From: a virus
Direction: 5' to 3' (one strand)
DNA length: 64,000 nucleotides
IMG/VR virus record: IMGVR_UViG_3300033149_006357
Location: 1 to 64,000 of that record
Position 1 is the stretch's first letter. Every line of letters begins with the position of its first letter. The notes under the pieces were generated by a model that saw only the letters and a program-made list of their open reading frames with translations, searched no databases and was not told the origin of the DNA. The position numbers were made by a program, and so were the translations under genes. Positions 1 to 8,321 of this stretch are shown one piece after another.

Positions 1-699
1 CTGGGATCGTCCTATGCCGGTAGTGGCAAAGGGATGTCCAGGAACGGACCTTCTCACGGTCCAAAGCAACGCACAAATCGTGGAAGCGTGAACCTGCCCG
101 TGTTTGGTGTCCCTGCTGGCTTCAAGCCAAAGGATTTGGTGCCCATACCCTGGATGGTAGCCTTGGCCCTCCAGGCAGATGGATGGTATTTGAGGAGCGA
201 CATCATCTGGGCGAAGGGATGGGACGGCCTGGGAATAGCTACGTATGGTTCTGCCATGCCGGGATCCCAGACGGATCGCCCCACAGGAACGCATGAGTAC
301 GTGTTTTTGCTCTCCAAGAGCAGACAATACTTTTATGATAACGAGGCGGTCAGGGTAAAGCATGCTACAGGAGACCATCAATTGCGCAGCGTCTGGCTGA
401 TCAGCCCAAAACCGTACAAGGGGCCGCATTACGCCGCGTTCCCGCCAGATCTGGTAGAGCCAATGGTGTTGGCCGGTACAAGCTCGAGCGGGTGCTGCGC
501 GGTGTGCAAAGATCCGTACCGCACCTGCGGGCATGATGCGGGGAGCGTTCCATGCACAGTGCTCGACCCATTTGCCGGGACGGGGAGGGTTGGCGTGGTA
601 AGCCTGGCGTATAGGAGGCACTTTATTGGCATCGAGGCCAAGCCAGAGTACGCGGGGATCATCAGGGATAGCTTGCGCGGATCAGACCTGCCATTTTAG
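1..699 (+). CDS. DNA N6-adenine/N4-cytosine methyltransferase (beta class), 5'-truncated by the window edge
   Basis: Frame is open from base 1 (LGSSYAGSGKG). Family motifs KDLVPIPWMVALALQADGWYLRSDIIWAK, HYAAFPPDLVEP and SAM-binding VLDPFAGTG. Confidence 0.9.
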   Translation: MGSSYAGSGKGMSRNGPSHGPKQRTNRGSVNLPVFGVPAGFKPKDLVPIPWMVALALQADGWYLRSDIIWAKGWDGLGIATYGSAMPGSQTDRPTGTHEYVFLLSKSRQYFYDNEAVRVKHATGDHQLRSVWLISPKPYKGPHYAAFPPDLVEPMVLAGTSSSGCCAVCKDPYRTCGHDAGSVPCTVLDPFAGTGRVGVVSLAYRRHFIGIEAKPEYAGIIRDSLRGSDLPF

Positions 700-707
700 G
701 AGTCGAG

Positions 708-887
708 ATGCTGAGGACAAGATACAACCGGTGGATTCGATTTTGCGAGGAACACAACTGTCGGCATGCGCTGAGGTGCTTCAAAAGGATGCTGGATGGG
801 GATGTATTGGCGCTGGATTTGGTAAGACACGAACCGTATCCTGCGTATCGGTGGCTGTATCCGGCGTTGCATCCGGTGAGGAAATGA
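708..887 (+). CDS. small hypothetical protein (~59 aa, MLRTRYNRW...)
   Basis: Translated by hand. AGGAG upstream; stop overlaps the next ATG. Confidence 0.4.
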   Translation: MLRTRYNRWIRFCEEHNCRHALRCFKRMLDGDVLALDLVRHEPYPAYRWLYPALHPVRK

Positions 888-1117
888 TGGATAAGTGTCA
901 AGTGTGTTTTGTGGGGGATATTACAACTGGTGGTTGCACATACTGCATAGGCGAGCGCTGCTGGGAATGCCACAATCCTATCCTGCGCGGGATGGGATAC
1001 ACCATACTCGGCGGGCGGTACTACCATTTGGGATGTTTTCGCTGGTACAGGCTGAGGAGTGACGGTGGAACCGCATATGGTCGAGATCGATGGCAGGGAA
1101 ATAGAGGGAGAAGATGA
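884..1117 (+). CDS. small Cys-rich (Zn-binding) protein
   Basis: GAGG then ATG inside ORF 626..1117. Three CxxC motifs plus HxxC. Confidence 0.5.
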   Translation: MMDKCQVCFVGDITTGGCTYCIGERCWECHNPILRGMGYTILGGRYYHLGCFRWYRLRSDGGTAYGRDRWQGNRGRR

Positions 1118-1294
1118 AAAGGAATGAAGAAGAGGCGGTATGGTTTGTGCTCGGATTGCTTTTGGTCTTTGGCATTCCAGTCATATCGCTAATAGCGCTC
1201 ATCATTAGCAATTGGGGGTAAGATGGAAAATGTGCATTTAGCAAGCGCGAATTTGTGTTGTCTTGATTGATCAACATCATCAGGAGGGTGTGAA

Positions 1295-1708
1295 ATGAAC
1301 GTAAAAGAGCTAGTAAACCGCGTGTTCAGGGATTGGTCCAGGGACATCGACGGTAAGATCCGCGAGATGTTGGACGAGCGGCTGCATGATACGATTGCAA
1401 AGCTCTTGGGTTTCGACGACTCTTATGGGCGATGGGAAATAGACCACTGCAACGGGCGGAATTCTCCCATTACCAGGTATCTTGACGAGAAGGTGCGCGA
1501 TGCCGTGAGGTGCTGGCTGGAGGAGCATTTTTGCGATCTGCCGGAGCCATCGGATGAATGGTACGAGGCACTGAGAAACGATTACTTGGGGGCGTACAAA
1601 TCTCATCTCAGGCGTCGTGCGTCGTTGTTAGCGGAGAGGGCGGCCAGAGACAGGCTCGACCTATTGTTGCGGGACGCCATAGACGAAGTGGATTTCAATT
1701 TTCAATGA
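1295..1708 (+). CDS. hypothetical protein
   Basis: AGGAGG SD; 137 aa; overlaps the start of the next gene. Confidence 0.65.
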   Translation: MNVKELVNRVFRDWSRDIDGKIREMLDERLHDTIAKLLGFDDSYGRWEIDHCNGRNSPITRYLDEKVRDAVRCWLEEHFCDLPEPSDEWYEALRNDYLGAYKSHLRRRASLLAERAARDRLDLLLRDAIDEVDFNFQ

Positions 1709-2085
1709 CTGCTTTTCACATCATCGTGCTTATCGCGGGCATCGTGTCGCAATACAGCCCAGGGGTAATGGAGGAGGTTGTGGCCAACCGCGTGGCCTGG
1801 GAACAGTTGCCATATCCATTGCCGGGGGTGGACGGTTACGTGGCGGTCAGGGACTGCGACCGCATCGGGGACATCATGTATTTGAGGCCTGTCGGCGGCG
1901 AGTGGGAAAAGTTTCTAGTCGCGGACTGCGCCATGCCGCCCGGGACCGATGGGGCGTGGGAGTGGATGACGGAGTACAACATACTGGCGGAGGTGGACTA
2001 TTGGACCGCCGTCAGGTGGAAAACGGTTGGGAGTGTGATAAGGGCGGAAGTTGGCATTAAAGTGGAAAGGGGCTTGATGCCATAG
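1705..2085 (+). CDS. putative RlpA/barwin-like double-psi beta-barrel protein with hydrophobic N-terminus
   Basis: Start MTAFHIIVLIAG overlaps the previous stop (ATGA). Pattern SQY...YVAVRDCDRIGD...LVADC...EVD resembles a DPBB fold. Confidence 0.4.
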   Translation: MTAFHIIVLIAGIVSQYSPGVMEEVVANRVAWEQLPYPLPGVDGYVAVRDCDRIGDIMYLRPVGGEWEKFLVADCAMPPGTDGAWEWMTEYNILAEVDYWTAVRWKTVGSVIRAEVGIKVERGLMP

Positions 2086-2324
2086 CTATATTGTACAAGA
2101 GACCCAGTGGGGTGTAGCGAGCCGTATTATACGAGAAGACCCAGAATGAAGTAGCGAGCCTCATTGTACAAGAGATCCAGAAAATGGAAGCGAGCCACAC
2201 TATATGAGAGAACCAGAAAATGGAGCGAGCCGTGTAATTCGAGAGATCCACATATGGGTAAGCGATTATGTAAGAGACCCATTACCAGAGAGGTACCATA
2301 TAAGAGATCCACCACCCACTAGCG
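2084..2324 (+). ncRNA. TIGR (tandem interspaced guide RNA) array: 5 intact ~36-nt units plus 2 degenerate units
   Basis: Unit = AGCCN + 9-nt spacer A + AGAGA(C/T/A)CCA + 9-nt spacer B + AGCG. Units start at 2084, 2120, 2157, 2193 and 2228 (36, 37, 36, 35, 37 nt); partial loop repeats at 2273 and 2303. Lies directly upstream of a Nop-domain gene. Confidence 0.85.
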
Positions 2325-2345
2325 TGAAGGAGAGAGCCGATCATT

Positions 2346-2972
2346 ATGAAGCGTTATATTGCGTTGCAGAAGCATTTACAGAGAGTGCGTATCGGGCTGC
2401 AAAATCGTTTGGGCAGAGACGGTTTGTACAAAGAGGAGCTGTTGGAACTGTGCGAGTCTATTATTGGACTTGAGGACAGGCTCGATAAGGAGATCGAGCA
2501 AACTGCAAAAGAACACCCTATCTATCACGAGTTGCTAAAGATCAAGGGCATCGGGCCAAAACTTGCATCCAGACTGGTGGCGTACATAGATATCCGCAAA
2601 TGCAACACCGTCAGTCAGCTATGGAGATACGCGGGGTATGGGGTAGTAGACGGAAAAGCGGAGAGGGCCAAAAAGGGGGAAACTCGTCATTACTGTGGTG
2701 AGCTAAAGACCATCCTATACCTGGTAGCCCTGGCGTTTTTGAGGTCTCACAGCCCCTACACGCACCTATACTACGAAGAGCGCGAAAAGCATCCGGACCT
2801 CAAGCCGATGCACCAGCACCTCAGGGGCCTGCGCAAGATGATCAAGATGTTTCTGTCCCACCTATGGGAAAAGTGGCGCACCCTAGAAGGGCTGGAGACG
2901 CGCAAAGCATACGTGATAGAAGTACTCGGACACACACACATACACGAGGCAAAAGACTATGGATGGGAATAA
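2346..2972 (+). CDS. tasA: TasA-like Nop-domain RNA-guided DNA-binding protein (IS110/Nop5-related, no nuclease domain)
   Basis: Coiled-coil N-terminus, then LLKIKGIGPKLASRLVAYIDIRKCNTVSQLWRYAGY and GLRKMIKMFLSHLW. Only 208 aa, with no RuvC DEDD or HNH domain. Adjacent to the dual-repeat array. Confidence 0.82.
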   Translation: MKRYIALQKHLQRVRIGLQNRLGRDGLYKEELLELCESIIGLEDRLDKEIEQTAKEHPIYHELLKIKGIGPKLASRLVAYIDIRKCNTVSQLWRYAGYGVVDGKAERAKKGETRHYCGELKTILYLVALAFLRSHSPYTHLYYEEREKHPDLKPMHQHLRGLRKMIKMFLSHLWEKWRTLEGLETRKAYVIEVLGHTHIHEAKDYGWE

Positions 2973-3129
2973 ATGGCTTATGGCGCTGACCATTGTATGT
3001 ATGCTAGCAGATGGGCATCTTGGATGCAAAGCCGAACAAGGGCGGGAAGAGTACCAAAAAAAGCTAATGGAAGAAAAGCGTAAAAGATGGGAGGATCTAC
3101 TACGCTCTGCGGCAGCTACACAGGACTAG
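2959..3129 (+). CDS. small hypothetical protein (56 aa, MDGNKWLMALTIVCML...)
   Basis: Hand-translated ORF overlapping the tasA 3' end. Confidence 0.3.
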   Translation: MDGNKWLMALTIVCMLADGHLGCKAEQGREEYQKKLMEEKRKRWEDLLRSAAATQD

Positions 3130-3407
3130 ATGCCGGGCAGATGCATCCCTGCAGAATGAACCGGAAGACAGATCGAGGGACCGCTCGATGATCCCAATGT
3201 GGTGATATCACAAAGAGGAGGCGCCTGATGAGGGAGAGATAGGGACAAGGGCGCGGAGTGAATGCGAGGGGGCGGCATCCCGATGAGGCATGGGGGTGAT
3301 TTGGGGGGAGGAGGGGACTATCGCTGTCGTAGCAGTACGGTGCACGAGAAAACAGATGGGGGGTATTTGATAAATGACGATTAACGATGTACTTTTATGT
3401 ATAACTG

Positions 3408-3700
3408 GCGATACTTAGCGATACTTAGCGTGCCGTGACGATATTGTATTAACACTTGCGCAACCTAGGGATAACGTTAGCTAGTGTGTATACACAAACG
3501 ACAGTTTGCTATGCCTAGGGAATGCCAGATAGCACTTGCAATACTTTTTTAGCTGCAGCGCGGCTTGCAATACATAGCGTATATGTAAGTGCGATACGCG
3601 CCTTACATGTAAGACCGATACACTGATACGGCGATACACCGATACACCGATACGCGTAAGGGCAACATACTGTTACACTGTTACACGTAAGACCGATACG
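3408..3700. repeat. non-coding region of short direct repeats (candidate origin or genome-end region)
   Basis: GCGATACTTA x2, a run of (C)GATAC(A) units at ~3590-3700, TGTTACAC x2, GTAAGACCGATAC x2. Confidence 0.55.
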
Positions 3701-3822
3701 CCGGCAAGCCGCCAAACTAGTTGACATAAATAACCTTAAAATTGACTGAACGTAGATATTGCCAAGTAGCGCCCGCTCGAGGGCGCGTGAGGTTGTGTTA
3801 CGTTGTGTTCTGTAAAGCGCGT

Positions 3823-3851
3823 TTGCAAGTCTCGGCGCCCTGTGGTATACT
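3823..3851 (+). promoter_or_regulatory. sigma70-type early promoter with extended -10
   Basis: TTGCAA - 17 bp - TATACT, preceded by TGTGG. Confidence 0.75.
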
Positions 3852-3919
3852 TGGCGTGTGCGTGGAGGCGCATACGGCCGCTCTTTACCAGCCAAATAGA
3901 CTAGGAAGGAAGGAAAATC

Positions 3920-4711
3920 ATGTCGTACAAAGACCTAATCTCGGGCGCATCGGAAGAGTTTTTCGAGAGTGTCGATCTACGCAATGTGATCGAACGCTTC
4001 CCTACAATCACACTCTGTAGCGCGCTGTCGGCTGCTTGCAGCACTTGGCGTGAGTATGACGATGTGGAGGCGCAAGAGCAGATCGACGCGATCGAGAAAC
4101 AACTAGCCGCTCTTGCACAAGAGCGGCAAGGGCTCGATTTCTCAGTTTTTGCGCAAGCCTTGGCTGGGAAGGAAGCAAGCGAGATTGCCAGTATGCTTGC
4201 GGATCGAGAGAAGCGCCTTGCAGAGATTGCGAGCGAGCGAGAGAAACTTCAGGTCGAGAAGTCGCTTCTCCAAGAGCGACGCAAGACAGAAGCAGTACTT
4301 GCGTTCGTCAAGGCTTGTGGGGGGCGCCCGAGCACAGGGCGCGCGGCGACGTCCGATCTTACGGCTCTTGCGTGGTCTTGCAAAGCTTACGGAAGCGTTT
4401 GGACGATCTACGGATCACCTAGGTCTTGGCTTGTGTGGAAGGACAACAAGCCGGTCGCGTCAAGCAAGGACGTAGACATGGGTATCACAAGCCGAACTGG
4501 TTTTCGCAAGGTGATCTATGTCTTGGCCGGCAAGCTTGCCGGTTACGGCAAGGGTACCAATGCCTTGTCCAAGGCACACAAGGACAACATGTTGGGCGGC
4601 ATCCATGCCGGCGGATCGGCCGGCGTGGTAGACTTGTCCGATGTGGGCCCTTGGGCGCAAGGCTACACTGAGTTTTTCGCGCCCCCCAAGTCAAAGGACA
4701 AGACCAACTAG
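3920..4711 (+). CDS. first early gene; hypothetical protein with N-terminal coiled coil
   Basis: AAGGAAGGA SD; 263 aa; lies between a promoter and a terminator-like hairpin. Confidence 0.75.
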   Translation: MSYKDLISGASEEFFESVDLRNVIERFPTITLCSALSAACSTWREYDDVEAQEQIDAIEKQLAALAQERQGLDFSVFAQALAGKEASEIASMLADREKRLAEIASEREKLQVEKSLLQERRKTEAVLAFVKACGGRPSTGRAATSDLTALAWSCKAYGSVWTIYGSPRSWLVWKDNKPVASSKDVDMGITSRTGFRKVIYVLAGKLAGYGKGTNALSKAHKDNMLGGIHAGGSAGVVDLSDVGPWAQGYTEFFAPPKSKDKTN

Positions 4712-4726
4712 CAGAGTACCACTAGC

Positions 4727-4770
4727 AGAGCGCATGGCTATAGCGGCCGGCCATGCGCTCTTTCCCTTCT
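4727..4770 (+). terminator. putative intrinsic terminator
   Basis: 12-bp stem AGAGCGCATGGC/GCCATGCGCTCT followed by a pyrimidine tract. Confidence 0.55.
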
Positions 4771-4962
4771 CTGCTAGCGTAAAAGTTACCCATTGCAAAC
4801 TCTGGTACGTAAAGCAGACTATCACAAAGTGCAATGGGTAAAGCAGATCATCGCGCCTCACGGATTGTGTTAGCCATAATCCGGGGGGAACGATGGTTAA
4901 CAAAAGCATAATCGCGATGGTCGAGGCGAGCGCAGCGTATCCCCCACTATCACCCACAATGG

Positions 4963-5017
4963 TATCGTTACCATGGACGTGATAGTATCGTTACCATATC
5001 CACGGTGATATCGTTAC
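4963..5017 (+). repeat. three TATCGTTAC direct repeats with 23-bp period
   Basis: Copies start at 4963, 4986 and 5009. Confidence 0.7.
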
Positions 5018-5035
5018 ACTAGAAAGGAAATACTC

Positions 5036-5320
5036 ATGATCAAAAAAGAGATCCCGGTCAAGGTCGCGGTCCTGACAATCTCAAGGCAGATCTTGCGACA
5101 GGTTCCTTATCGTCCCATGCTGCCAAGAGATGATAGGGAAATCATTGGCTGGTTCTGGGCGGATATCAAGGGCATCCGCAATGGAACCAACATTTGCGTC
5201 TTGGTACAAGATCTTTCCGTGGGCGATCTGGCTGTAGAGGACGGTAGGATGGATCGTCGTACAGGAAGGGTCAGGGGCAGGTATGGAGAGGTCGTGCCGG
5301 ATCACATCTATGTCAGGTAG
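5036..5320 (+). CDS. hypothetical early protein
   Basis: AGAAAGGA SD, 94 aa. Confidence 0.65.
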   Translation: MIKKEIPVKVAVLTISRQILRQVPYRPMLPRDDREIIGWFWADIKGIRNGTNICVLVQDLSVGDLAVEDGRMDRRTGRVRGRYGEVVPDHIYVR

Positions 5321-5332
5321 AAAGGATCTAAC

Positions 5333-5671
5333 ATGATCGAGAATGTAGTTGATCTGCTATGGCATCCGCATTTCCATAGGTTGGTCGGGGCTCACATCGA
5401 GCTGGACCTTCCTGCGGTCGGCCTGGTCAGGGTCGACCAGAAACGCATGGTCGTGTGGGCCGATTTAGCCCACGACCTGGATCGGGAAGGATTCGACTTT
5501 GAAGCGGTCGAGAATTATCTCGGTCAAGGGTGGTACATTGTCAAGGAAGTCGATGGCAATGGTGGAAGGATCGTCGCCATAACTCCAGACTACGACACAG
5601 CCAAAACGATCGCGGAATGCGATGAGGAGCACCGCGATATATGGCGTAACGGGAAGTTTGTATCCTGGTAG
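5333..5671 (+). CDS. hypothetical early protein, paralog of 5801..6169
   Basis: Shares LDLPxVG, ADLAxDLD, GWYIVKEV, AECDExHRDIW with 5801..6169. Confidence 0.8.
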   Translation: MIENVVDLLWHPHFHRLVGAHIELDLPAVGLVRVDQKRMVVWADLAHDLDREGFDFEAVENYLGQGWYIVKEVDGNGGRIVAITPDYDTAKTIAECDEEHRDIWRNGKFVSW

Positions 5672-5800
5672 TCTTAATGCCCCGCCCGTCGGGCGATAAT
5701 AGGCGGGCCAAAGGGGATTCCGCTCTTTTCACGGGAAGAGCATGGCCAAAGCCCCCGGTCGCGCTCTGCCATATCTGCGTCAAGTAGAAAGGATCTTACA

Positions 5801-6169
5801 ATGAACGAGCACATTCTCGACCTCATTTGCAGCCCGTATTTCAGGGGGCTGCGTGAGGGTGGCGTCAGGCTCGATCTGCCCGTGGTGGGCAAGATCATCG
5901 TCGATCAGAACCGCGAGGTCATCCAGGCGGATCTTGCGGATGACCTCGACCAGGCCGGATATTCTGGCTGGCACATTCTTGATTTGGCGAAAGAGTACAT
6001 CGGTGAGGGCTGGTACATCGTCAAAGAGGTGAGACGAAACGCCGATGGTGCTATCACCGAGATCAGGCAAATCATTGCGATGGCAGACTATGCGACCGCC
6101 AAGGCTGTTGCCGAATGCGATGAAGCCCACCGCGATATCTGGTGCGGCGGGAAGCTCGTATCCTGGTAA
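5801..6169 (+). CDS. hypothetical early protein, paralog of 5333..5671
   Basis: Same GTAGAAAGGATCT leader and shared motifs. Confidence 0.8.
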   Translation: MNEHILDLICSPYFRGLREGGVRLDLPVVGKIIVDQNREVIQADLADDLDQAGYSGWHILDLAKEYIGEGWYIVKEVRRNADGAITEIRQIIAMADYATAKAVAECDEAHRDIWCGGKLVSW

Positions 6170-6341
6170 TCCATTATGCCCGCCCGTCGGCATTGTAGGC
6201 GGGCAGGAGCGATTGATATGGTGGTGGCCGTCATCCTTTTGTCCCCAGCGATTGGGCACGCAATCGCCGGGGTGTTCATTCGGTGGTACGAAAAGCACCA
6301 CCCAATCTATGTGCCGGATTGGGTGGTAGAAAGGATGCCGG

Positions 6342-6602
6342 ATGACTGAAAAACACCCAATCGTACATCGCATTGCCCTCGCGGTCACCGCCGCCGTATT
6401 TGAGGCGGTAGATGAGGCCGGGACGGATTACGACTCACTGTTCTGGGCGCTGACCAGGCGAGCCCGACCGATCGTGAAATCGCTGGAAACGATCGTCGGT
6501 CATCCTGTGGGGTTTGGGTTTGAGCTCACGGATGGCTGCTCGGTCGATGTATCCGTCGGCGAAAATGAGATCTTTGCAAGCATCGGAAAGAGGATCGCGT
6601 AG
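6342..6602 (+). CDS. hypothetical early protein
   Basis: GTAGAAAGGAT SD, 86 aa. Confidence 0.6.
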   Translation: MTEKHPIVHRIALAVTAAVFEAVDEAGTDYDSLFWALTRRARPIVKSLETIVGHPVGFGFELTDGCSVDVSVGENEIFASIGKRIA

Positions 6603-6723
6603 TAAGTGCTCAATCGGGCGTGTCCCCAAGGCGCTAGGCCGAATGGCCGTGAATGCGCACCACCCAGAATGCGCGCCCGATTGAAATCTCAAATCGGGAT
6701 CCGCACTAAGAGAGGGAAGTGAA

Positions 6724-6936
6724 ATGTGGCTCTCGGTAATAGGATTGGCGGTAGGCATAATCTGTATCGCAATCGCGGCTTGGGACTTGGCGGCCAACCA
6801 AATCCCTGTCGCCAAAGATTGTGATCGGCTATGCTATATGGCTGCGAAGGTCGCGCTGGACTTGCTCGACAAGGAAAACGTAGACGCGGCAAGGGATGTG
6901 CTCAAACGGCTATTGGAAGAACTTCAAGATTGCTAG
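6724..6936 (+). CDS. small membrane-anchored protein
   Basis: N-terminal hydrophobic helix MWLSVIGLAVGIICIAIAAW. Confidence 0.55.
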   Translation: MWLSVIGLAVGIICIAIAAWDLAANQIPVAKDCDRLCYMAAKVALDLLDKENVDAARDVLKRLLEELQDC

Positions 6937-7185
6937 CCGATAATCCCCAGAAATGGGAATCTGCCAGGGATGGGCGCTGTTCGGCAGACCAAGAGGAGGG
7001 CGAATGAATAGTTACAGAAGGTTCTGGCGCGTATGCGCCTGGAACAACAAGGGGAATCGCACCCGCGTCGTACTGAGGCCACGCCGGGAGCGGCGACGAG
7101 CAGCGCGGGCGCTATGGAAAGCCATCAAGAAGTGATATGGCCCGGGCGAGCTCCTGCACCGGGCAAAGAAGAAAGGAGCAAAGAA

Positions 7186-7509
7186 GTGGATCGGAAAGAG
7201 CTAGAAAATGCTGTACTGGATGCAGCGCTTGCGATTTGCAAGAGATGGGGGCCGACCGTCATCGCCCCCGGGATTGGCAAAGTTGAGAGATCGCGGGATG
7301 GATACTCTGCTTATGTGACGCCAGGGGCAGATGCGTGGGGAACCATCCCACTGGGATCGGAATGGCAGGCACCGTCGCTGCGCGATCTGGAGACCGCCGA
7401 AAGACTTGTCATTGGGATCGCGCGGTACTGTGCAAGTGAGGACTTTCTCGGCAAGGTCGCCGGGTCGATTAGACGGATGAAGGCGATAGCCAGGGCCATT
7501 CAATCGTAA
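7186..7509 (+). CDS. hypothetical early protein (ELENAVxDAA...WG family)
   Basis: GTG start after AAAGGAG; paralog of the N-terminal half of 7625..8197. Confidence 0.7.
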   Translation: MDRKELENAVLDAALAICKRWGPTVIAPGIGKVERSRDGYSAYVTPGADAWGTIPLGSEWQAPSLRDLETAERLVIGIARYCASEDFLGKVAGSIRRMKAIARAIQS

Positions 7510-7565
7510 CACGCACAACAATAGCCCATCGCTGCTTTTGCGGCTTTGCAGGCGATGGGAATATC

Positions 7566-7604
7566 AAGCCGCACCGGATTTCGATCTGGTGCGGCTTTTT
7601 TCTT
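7566..7604 (+). terminator. intrinsic terminator
   Basis: AAGCCGCACCGGAT-TTCG-ATCTGGTGCGGCTT followed by a T tract. Confidence 0.75.
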
Positions 7605-7624
7605 CTAACGAAAGCGAGTATCAG

Positions 7625-8197
7625 ATGATCGGAAAAGAGCGAATGGAACTAGAAAATGCGGTGTTCGATGCAGCCAAGACAGTCATCGAAAAATGGGGAA
7701 ATCCGATACGAACAGAGTTCGGCGAAATCTCCGGGTCGGAATCTGGGAATCAGATCAACATTCGTGAGGGCTGGTGGAGCACGGAAGTTGGTCGCTGGTG
7801 CGATCCCAACATGGACGATTTATGGCGTGCGAAGAGGGTCATCGAAACGATTGTATCGTATTGCGCGATAGAGGATTTTTCCAACAAAGTGTATGGGGCT
7901 GCCCAATGCTTGAGAGCAATCACCAACGCCATCGAGAGTAAAATGAGAAAAGTAAGCTCAGAAGTTAAGGACGTTTGGTGGATTAGATTGGGAAGGCGTG
8001 CCTCTACCGAGGCGCAAAAGAAATACGCCGAGCGCTTCGATGGCGAGATGTACAAACGAGCAACGGAAGGCTTATCTGGCGTGGCAGCCAATGTACTGAT
8101 CGACGATGCATTGGCCCTGTGCGGGTCACCCCATTACAAGCTGTCGCGCTCGGAATGGGATATGCCCCAAATCAAGTTCCTAGAACTGTTTTTGTGA
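7625..8197 (+). CDS. hypothetical early protein (ELENAVxDAA...WG family plus extra C-terminal domain)
   Basis: Shares ELENAV, KWG, YCAxEDF and AIxxAI with 7186..7509. Confidence 0.7.
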   Translation: MIGKERMELENAVFDAAKTVIEKWGNPIRTEFGEISGSESGNQINIREGWWSTEVGRWCDPNMDDLWRAKRVIETIVSYCAIEDFSNKVYGAAQCLRAITNAIESKMRKVSSEVKDVWWIRLGRRASTEAQKKYAERFDGEMYKRATEGLSGVAANVLIDDALALCGSPHYKLSRSEWDMPQIKFLELFL

Positions 8198-8321
8198 TTG
8201 AGAAAAGAAGATAGGATGAGACAGGTCGAATTGGTCAGATTCGAAGCGATTACCACGGCCGGGTCAAGCTCAGCCCTGGAACGTGGGCGTTCGAGCGCCC
8301 AATCCCAAGAAAGGAAGAAAG

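Noticed and set aside
2084-2324. CRISPR array
   Set aside because: Repeats and spacers are only ~9 nt and of two alternating kinds; no cas1/cas2.
2346-2972. IS110/IS1111 transposase
   Set aside because: No N-terminal DEDD RuvC domain or catalytic Ser motif, too short, and paired with a dual-repeat array; TasA fits better.
3220-3360. Hammerhead ribozyme (CTGATGAG core)
   Set aside because: No stem II plus GAAA arrangement could be built.
8255-8310. tRNA (GTTCGA-like loop)
   Set aside because: Only a single hairpin, no cloverleaf. No tRNA was recognised anywhere in the window.
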